DNA of 14,059 nucleotides from Octopus sinensis. Lineage: Eukaryota. The first letter of the stretch is position 1, and each line of letters opens with the position of its first letter. The position numbers and the translations under genes are program-made. Shown one piece after another: positions 8,323 to 14,059 of the stretch. The stretch covers positions 1 to 14,059 of the forward strand of contig NW_021825963.1 of assembly GCF_006345805.1 (NCBI RefSeq), in the 5' to 3' direction. The notes beneath the pieces were generated by a model. It worked only from the letters and a program-made list of their open reading frames with translations. It was not told the DNA's origin and did no database searches.

Positions 8323-8850
8323 GATCGACTCCAGTGTCTGCATTTAGACCTACGACTACGAAACCCAGTAAGTCTTAATCACCTGATTATTTGGTGAGAG
8401 GTGAATAGAAATGCACAAATAGGTCATTAATTGGAGCGATGGTACTGCTAGATCTTAAATGTACTTTTATGATATTGTTAATTAATCGAGTCAGGTTTAC
8501 AATTTATTTGTCTGAAATGTCTTTGTTCTGCTTTTGTTGTTTTTTTTCTGTATTCTGTGCAAACGCGTGATGTTGACACGAGAGATTTTAACTGTAATTC
8601 TTGTCTTTATAGTTTCTATTGTTCTTTCGTATATTATAAATACTTTTTTATTCCAATCAATGTGGAAACTCCTACGCGGTTGCTTGATCTGCTGAAACTA
8701 GCATTTTCAAAAAGAGAGAGATGGACGATTAGACAAAAAAACTTAGTTTAGAGTCCAACTAAGTCGAAAGGAATTTTGTGTAAGACGACCTGCGATAACA
8801 ATCCGATATTCCATAAATACCATTTTATTGTCACGAACCGGAATGATATA

Positions 8851-9234
8851 TTCTTTTCTACTTTAGGCACAAGGCCCGAAATTTTCGGGAAGGGGGCCAG
8901 TCGATTAGATTGACCCTAGTACATAATTGGTCGACCCCTAAAGGATGAAAAGCAAAGTCGACCTCGGCGGAATTTGAACTCAGAACGTAAAGACAGACGA
9001 AATACCTATTTCTTTACTACCACAAGGGCTAAACACAGAGAGGACAAACAAGGACAGACACAAACGGATTAAGTCGATTATATCGGCCCCAGTTCGTAAC
9101 TGGTACTTATTTAATCGACCCCGAAAGAATAAAAGGCAAAGTCGACCTCGGCGGAATTTGAACTCAGAACGTAAAGACAGACGAAATACGGCTAAGCATT
9201 TCGCCCGGCGTGCCAACGTTTCTGCCAGCTCGCC
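8851..9234 (-). mobile_element. SINE family B, dimeric form
   Basis: Two arms share an identical 54-nt block (8952-9005 = 9136-9189), each with the B box; the two arms have different tails. Confidence 0.88.
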
Positions 9235-9402
9235 GGCTTAACATAATGACATATTGGATAAATTATCTTCTTGTTACCGCATGTATTATCTGTATTATCT
9301 GAAACCCAGGAGATGTTTCCGTTAATTATGGAGATTTCAATGCACTCAACTTTATAGTAATTATAACATGATCTGACGTTGTCATTATTAATGACTTTAA
9401 TT

Positions 9403-9605
9403 AAGGCGGCGAACGAGCAGACTCTTAAGCACACCGGGAAAGATGTTTGCGTATTTCGTCCGTCTTTATGTTTTCAGTTCCAATTCCGCCCAGGTCGATT
9501 TTGTCATTCATCCTCTCAATGTCGATAAAATAAGTAGCAGTGGAGCATCGGGGTCGATGAGGTAAACTTATCCTTTCTCCTGTATTTGCTGGCCCTGGGC
9601 TAAAC
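9403..9605 (+). mobile_element. SINE family B monomer, diverged
   Basis: AAGGCGGCGAAC...GTATTTCGTCCGTCTTTATGTTTTCAGTTCCAATTCCGCC...GGGGTCGAT aligns with the other B copies. Confidence 0.78.
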
Positions 9606-10230
9606 TTTTAAATTAATGACATTCATCGTTCATAAAAACAAATGTACGATTTGAAAACCAGCAAGTGGTGTGATTTGAAAACTATTAAACTTCTTCTTTG
9701 ATCCAAGCAAAACGTTTCAGAACTTGAGATTAATATCAGTGACAACAGATATAATTCTAAAACGAAAAATAGGGTTAACACACTTCGCAGGAAAATTTTC
9801 GCGGGAGTCGCGACGCAAATGCATTTGTCCACTCTCTTTTGTCCCAAACAAAAATCTCACTAAGAGCCTCCTTTTAGACTTTCATTTCTTCCAGATCCAT
9901 TTATTTAAAAACAAATTTATTTCGAGAGAATTTGAGCGAAGTACGACCATCTGTGAATTTGGAACAGACGTTACAATGTGTATTTTTTTAATAATGCAGA
10001 ACGCTTAGTTGTCTTGCAGTTAATATTTCGTGTTAAAACTCATCTTCAAAGAGAAAGAGATGCGTGATATGAGCAAAATTGAAACAGTTTTAGAATTTAG
10101 CGCAGTCAAAATGTACTTTGCGCGTGACAGCAGCCTAATATTTCTTCAAACACACCAGTCAAGTACAGAGTGTGATATAGTTGATTGTACGCCTCCTCCA
10201 AAGTTTATATATTCAGCCTAACCAATTTAT

Positions 10231-10739
10231 ATAGTGTGACCTCACCTGGAATTTGCATCAACGGTCTGGAACCCCTATCTTTCCCAGGATATTAATCGCC
10301 TGGAAGCCGTTCAGCGACTTGGCAGCTGACTTGGCAGACACCCATAAAATTATTAACCATCTTACAAACAATAACTATGAGCACCTTTTCAAACTCCACC
10401 TGTCTGACACCCGTGGACATGTTTACAAAGTCAGAAAACAGCACAGCTCCCATGACTTTCAGAAACATTTCTCACGCTAAGAGTTGCTGAAGCATGGAAC
10501 AAACTGCCGGCATCAGTTGTAAGTTGTCGGAGCACTGCATCCTTCAAAACTTCCATGCTTCCTGAGATTCGCCAACACTACACCTGATTTTCTCCCCTCC
10601 ATACATACGCAAGCATGTATCTGACTTATACACTGTTCGCTTTCCAGACATTTGTACATTACTGCAGATACTTTATACGCACTTTTTGACAAGTTGTTGT
10701 GCACCTGAGCACTGTATACAATAATTTCATTATTATTAT
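10231..10739 (+). mobile_element. 3' end of a CR1/L2-type LINE (RT C-terminus, 3' UTR, (TTA)n tail) with an internal deletion
   Basis: IV*PHLEFASTVWNPYLSQDINRLEAVQR // ADLADTHKII...TRGHVYKVRKQ...F.LRVAEAWNKLPASVVSCRSTASFKTSM...* matches the VRP.LEY...VW.P / RGH..K / RV...WN.LP..V motifs. Confidence 0.85.
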
Positions 10740-10901
10740 ATTAAACGTAGTTACGATAAACATAGCCTTCATTTTTTGATTTCTTGCTTGAATAAATATA
10801 TGCAGATATCTTTTATTTATAAACAGTAAAGTTTTCATTATAAATCGAATACTTGCAATCATTAAAATATGTTTAAAATTTAAATTATGAATAAATTTCA
10901 G

Positions 10902-11030
10902 AGAGGCATTTTAACAAAAAAGTTGGACATAATTTTGTCAGCTATGTGGACCAAAATCGTAACAGGGGATTGGAATACACTCAATGATGTAACCAATATT
11001 TATCGCAGAAGAAAACTTCCGATGCCCAAG
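10902..11030 (+). CDS. Lipoxygenase exon 3 (RGILTKKLDIILSAMWTKIVTGDWNTLNDVTNIYRRRKLPMPK)
   Basis: Acceptor TTTCAG ends at 10901 and donor GTGAGT starts at 11031; 129 nt, phase 0-0. 'W.SL.D...IY' is typical of the LOX segment before the W..D..FG.Q motif. Confidence 0.87.
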
Positions 11031-11079
11031 GTGAGTACATTAGTAGTATTTTCTTTTTTGCGCTATTTTTATCATGTGA

Positions 11080-11604
11080 CTAGCAGCATAGCCCGGCGTT
11101 GCCCGGGTATGTAAGAGCCCCTAGTAGGCAACGACTAATCCCAATCTTGTCCTTTCCCTCTAATTTCCTGCCAATTTGTTAAAGATATTGTCGAAAATAT
11201 GTCATCTTGAATTTGAACGTGATTTCCTAAATTGGCATGATTTTATCGATTTTTCTGATGGTAAGGTATTGCATGGGAAAACTAACGTTAGAATTAAGTT
11301 TCTTGGGGTAACATTAAGCTTCACCATGATTTGGTGAAAATCGATTGCAAGTTGCGAAAACTACAACAAGAAAATGTGTTGCATATAAAAAGCTTAGATT
11401 CTCGACCCATGTCGAATTTATCGATTTTTTCAGAACTGGGGGAACTTTTCAAAATTTTCGCTGCGTTAGTTTTGAATTATGACATTGGGCTATGTGTGTA
11501 TCAAGTTTCATCAGACTCGTTGAAAGCTGTGGTCAGGGTGAGGGGTACACCCTACAGACACACAGACACACAGACAGACAAACTGCCGTTTATATATAGA
11601 GAGA
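11080..11604 (-). mobile_element. Non-autonomous Helitron, 525 bp, both termini intact
   Basis: On the minus strand it starts A|TC at 11604 and ends with a CCCGG-GCAACG-CCGGG hairpin, then 8 nt, then CTAG|T. The target is AT with no TSD, and an ACAG/AC microsatellite lies near the 5' end. Confidence 0.82.
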
Positions 11605-12373
11605 TCTTATTTAAGTGATCAGTAGTTCCTTTGCAAATCAATCGATATTGGATCGATTGTAAAAATCAATATATCCAAAATTTTTGAGAACACAATGTTA
11701 TCAAGGCAACCTATAACAGCTTGAATCCAAAATGAACTGACAGAATGACTGTACTACATGGAAATAAGTAACGCAGACAAAAGGAGCGTTAGGAGGAAAC
11801 TAAGCCAGTTTAGTATTTAAACTGACGGTGATGCCAATGGTCGATGAAAGAATGCAAAAAATGCAAACAGAAAGACTGCCTCAGTACATTTTGTGTCTGG
11901 ATACTTAGGAATACTAAAAATAAAATATTAGAAATATTACGCCTATCAAATTACAGAAAAACAGTTATAATATAGGTACTGTTTACTATTGTAAATATTT
12001 AAATGTTTTTCTATACTTATGGAAACATTTCAGCGTAAGATTGGGTCTAGAATTTAAATTTAAATTTTGAATTTAAAATTATCAGTATTGTGCGGTGGAG
12101 CGTAATTTTCAATGGACAACCTCAAATCGTAGTTAATGTTGTCTTTCAAATGCATTTTGTCAAATGTTGTCTTTCATATGTTGTCTTTCCCGAATGCATT
12201 TACTACGATTCATAGAATTACACTTCCACCTAAATTTAAGTGATGAAAAATGGTTATGTAATCTAAATTTTTTAATTGTAATAGAAGAACCTATGTAATA
12301 ATATGTACAATTCCTTGTAATAACCCTATATTGATATACTGGATATCTGCCTGGATTTATTAATCCCTGTACA

Positions 12374-12374
12374 A

Positions 12375-12422
<48 letters not shown>

Positions 12423-12427
12423 ATATA
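12374..12427. repeat. (TA)n microsatellite (internal array of the adjacent family A SINE half)
   Basis: Directly visible; it sits at the position of the internal microsatellite in the other A copies. Confidence 0.9.
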
Positions 12428-12428
12428 A

Positions 12429-12595
12429 ACGACAGGCTTCTTTCGGTTTCCGTTTACTAAATCCTTACTCACAAGGCCTTGTTCGGCCCGAGGCTATAGT
12501 AGAAGACACTTGCCCAAGGTGCCACGCCATTAGACTGAACTCGAGGTTATGTGGTTGGGAAGCAAACATCTTACCACGCAGCTACGCCTGTACCT
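12429..12595 (-). mobile_element. SINE family A, 5' half only
   Basis: Aligns with 5588-5732; the part beyond the microsatellite is missing. An (AC)n follows at 12607-12631. Confidence 0.82.
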
Positions 12596-13039
12596 ATTCG
12601 CATACAATACACACACACACACACACACACATAATAACACGATGATGGAAATGACAGGCTTTGATTGCAAATTACATATGTTTTTGCACCAAAGACCCGC
12701 TTTAAGTTGCTGAATCTACAGGCATGTATCATTACACAAAATTATTCTCTAAAATGAGTACGATTCGGCGAGAGCTGTTGCTGTTATGTGTTTTCGTGGG
12801 GGTGTAGCTTAATATACACAATTTTAAAAAAGAGCTACCAATAGTTTCAGGTTGAAGAGATACAATAATTTGACAGATTTATATAACATGCCAAGTATCT
12901 CCAAATAATCTATGTGTGTGTGCGTGTGTGTAAATTCAGTCTTATGGCTCGTGGGTACCTGTGAATTTAGTCATTTTCTACTTTTCATTTTTATTTCTAT
13001 ATTTGAAGCAGTTCTGGTCTTGTTTTGTGTATTCCATAG

Positions 13040-13137
13040 TCTGTTAAATTCTGGCGGGAAGATACATGGTTTGGATATCAACGTCTAAATGGTTGCAATC
13101 CCACAGTAATTACCCTCTGTGAAGAAATACCATCCAA
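13040..13137 (+). CDS. Lipoxygenase exon 4 ([32 protein letters not shown]+K/N)
   Basis: Acceptor TTCCATAG ends at 13039 and donor GTAAGT starts at 13138 (phase 2). It contains the LOX hallmark W.ED..FG.Q.LNG.NP..I..C..P. It is absent from the ORF track. Confidence 0.93.
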
Positions 13138-13320
13138 GTAAGTCGAGATTCTTTTCAGAACTAATGGTGATCTGTTAGTGAATTATGATTTAGGGAAGAT
13201 GGAAAATTCGGTTAAGTTCGTATGCCACGTGGAGACGATAATTTTCGATAGTCTTTATTCAGGGAAAGAGACAACTAATCCTAATACAAATACAAAATTT
13301 GACATTTTGAGGTAAAGGAC

Positions 13321-13525
13321 GAGTCGATTCCATCGAGAGCAGTGCTTCTTTTATCCATCCTGAAAGGAGGAAAGACAAAGGCAACACCGGTGGAATTTGA
13401 ACTCAGAATGCTAAGAAAGATGAAAGGCTACTGAGCAATTTTTTTCCGACGTACTAACGATTCTTATTTATTTACTACAAGGGGATAAACACAGAGGGGA
13501 TAAACAAGGACAGACAAACGGATAG
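13321..13525 (-). mobile_element. Diverged family B monomer (13321-13463) plus an isolated dimer-linker tail (13468-13522)
   Basis: GGAATTTGAACTCAGAA B-box complement at about 13392-13408; TTTACTACAAGGGGATAAACACAGAGGGGATAAACAAGGACAGACAAACGGA matches 9013-9068. Confidence 0.75.
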
Positions 13526-13632
13526 AAATTTAAATGTAATAAAATGTTTTTAAAAGAAATATAAAGTGCCTACGTTGATAACTATAAACCTACTTTTGTG
13601 CTACTCTTTATGTATAGAGATATAAACATATA

Positions 13633-13801
13633 TTGGAGCAGTCTCGGGTGTCGCCGGCCGAAACTGCAACGATGATCTGGTACTAGACTGAAGATAGGAA
13701 GCTCCGAATGACCCGTCCTTGTTTTTTCCTTTCCTTTTTTCTATCATCTAACTGTCCGGATGTTTCGTTGTCGCCTGTTACGTTCTTGTTTCATTTTTTG
13801 T
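13633..13801 (+). repeat. Probable (TA)n-associated repeat with a degenerate hammerhead-like motif
   Basis: A GC-richer block containing CTGAAGA-TA-GGA(AGC)TCC-GAA-TGACCC-GTC, then a T-rich tail ending at (TA)n 13802-13822. Confidence 0.4.
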
Positions 13802-13827
13802 TATATACATATATATATATATACCGG

Positions 13828-14059
13828 AGTAAACACATAAATGTGAAACAAGGTGGAAAAAGAGTACTCAAATACCAGGGGTGGGTATATGCTTTATTTA
13901 AAAGCAGCAGAAAATTCAACAAAACCTGTTACTCTGAGTTTCATGTTCCCAGAGTAACAGGTTTTGTTGAATTTGCTGCTGCTTTAAATAAAGCATATTA
14001 CTCTACCACTGGTATTTGAGTACTCTTTTTCCACCTTGTTTCACATTTATGTGTTTACT
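13828..14059. repeat. Long inverted repeat (foldback): arms 13828-13936 and 13950-14059, 13-nt loop; may extend beyond the window
   Basis: The arms are reverse complements apart from a few mismatches or indels near 13878-13887 and 13900-13911. Confidence 0.95.

Larger units (their letters stand above)
4844..14059 (+). other. Span of the partial lipoxygenase gene (introns 5332-7728, 7774-10901, 11031-13039, 13138->14059); iron-binding exons lie beyond the window
   Basis: Four exons join in one open frame with GT-AG boundaries. I saw no further LOX exon after 13138, and the orthologue or positional specificity cannot be assigned from this part. Confidence 0.88.

Noticed and set aside
4277-9778. 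TTAACCCT (about 4277) and AGGGTTAA (about 9771) as piggyBac ends
   Set aside because: Only 8-bp matches, 5.5 kb apart, spanning host exons, with no extended TIR.
10887-11114. 75-aa ORF as a standalone gene
   Set aside because: Only 10902-11030 is exonic; the ATG and the C-terminal part are intronic.
11331-11618. 95-aa ORF as a Helitron-captured gene or RepHel fragment
   Set aside because: No Rep or helicase motifs; it runs antisense to the element and out through its terminus.
11720-11910. Possible very old RTE fragment (TDRMT...ERLPQYIL)
   Set aside because: The motif match is too short and interrupted to support a call without a profile search.
13708-14019. 103-aa ORF
   Set aside because: It crosses a T-rich tail, (TA)n and the foldback; no coding signature.

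Overview
AT-rich, intron- and repeat-rich animal genomic DNA. It is most likely an octopod cephalopod, inferred from recalled Octopus-type tRNA-derived SINEs and dense (TA)n arrays; no database search was run. The only supportable host gene is the 5' part of a + strand lipoxygenase (PLAT/LH2 domain plus the start of the LOX catalytic domain). It has four coding exons (4846-5331, 7729-7773, 10902-11030, 13040-13137), all with GT-AG introns, giving about 252 aa in one open frame, and it continues beyond the window. The rest is a mosaic of at least five SINE families, three LINE relics (RTE, R4/Dong-like, CR1/L2), one non-autonomous Helitron with intact ends, microsatellites and two unexplained minisatellites. 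The most interesting signal is a set of short elements abutting (TA)n arrays that carry minimal type I hammerhead-ribozyme motifs of the Penelope/retrozyme kind: one complete at 3587-3621 (minus strand), one half-deleted at the centre of a 232-nt foldback at 13828-14059, and one degenerate at 13682-13722. Nearly all ORFs in the supplied track are artefacts of repeats.
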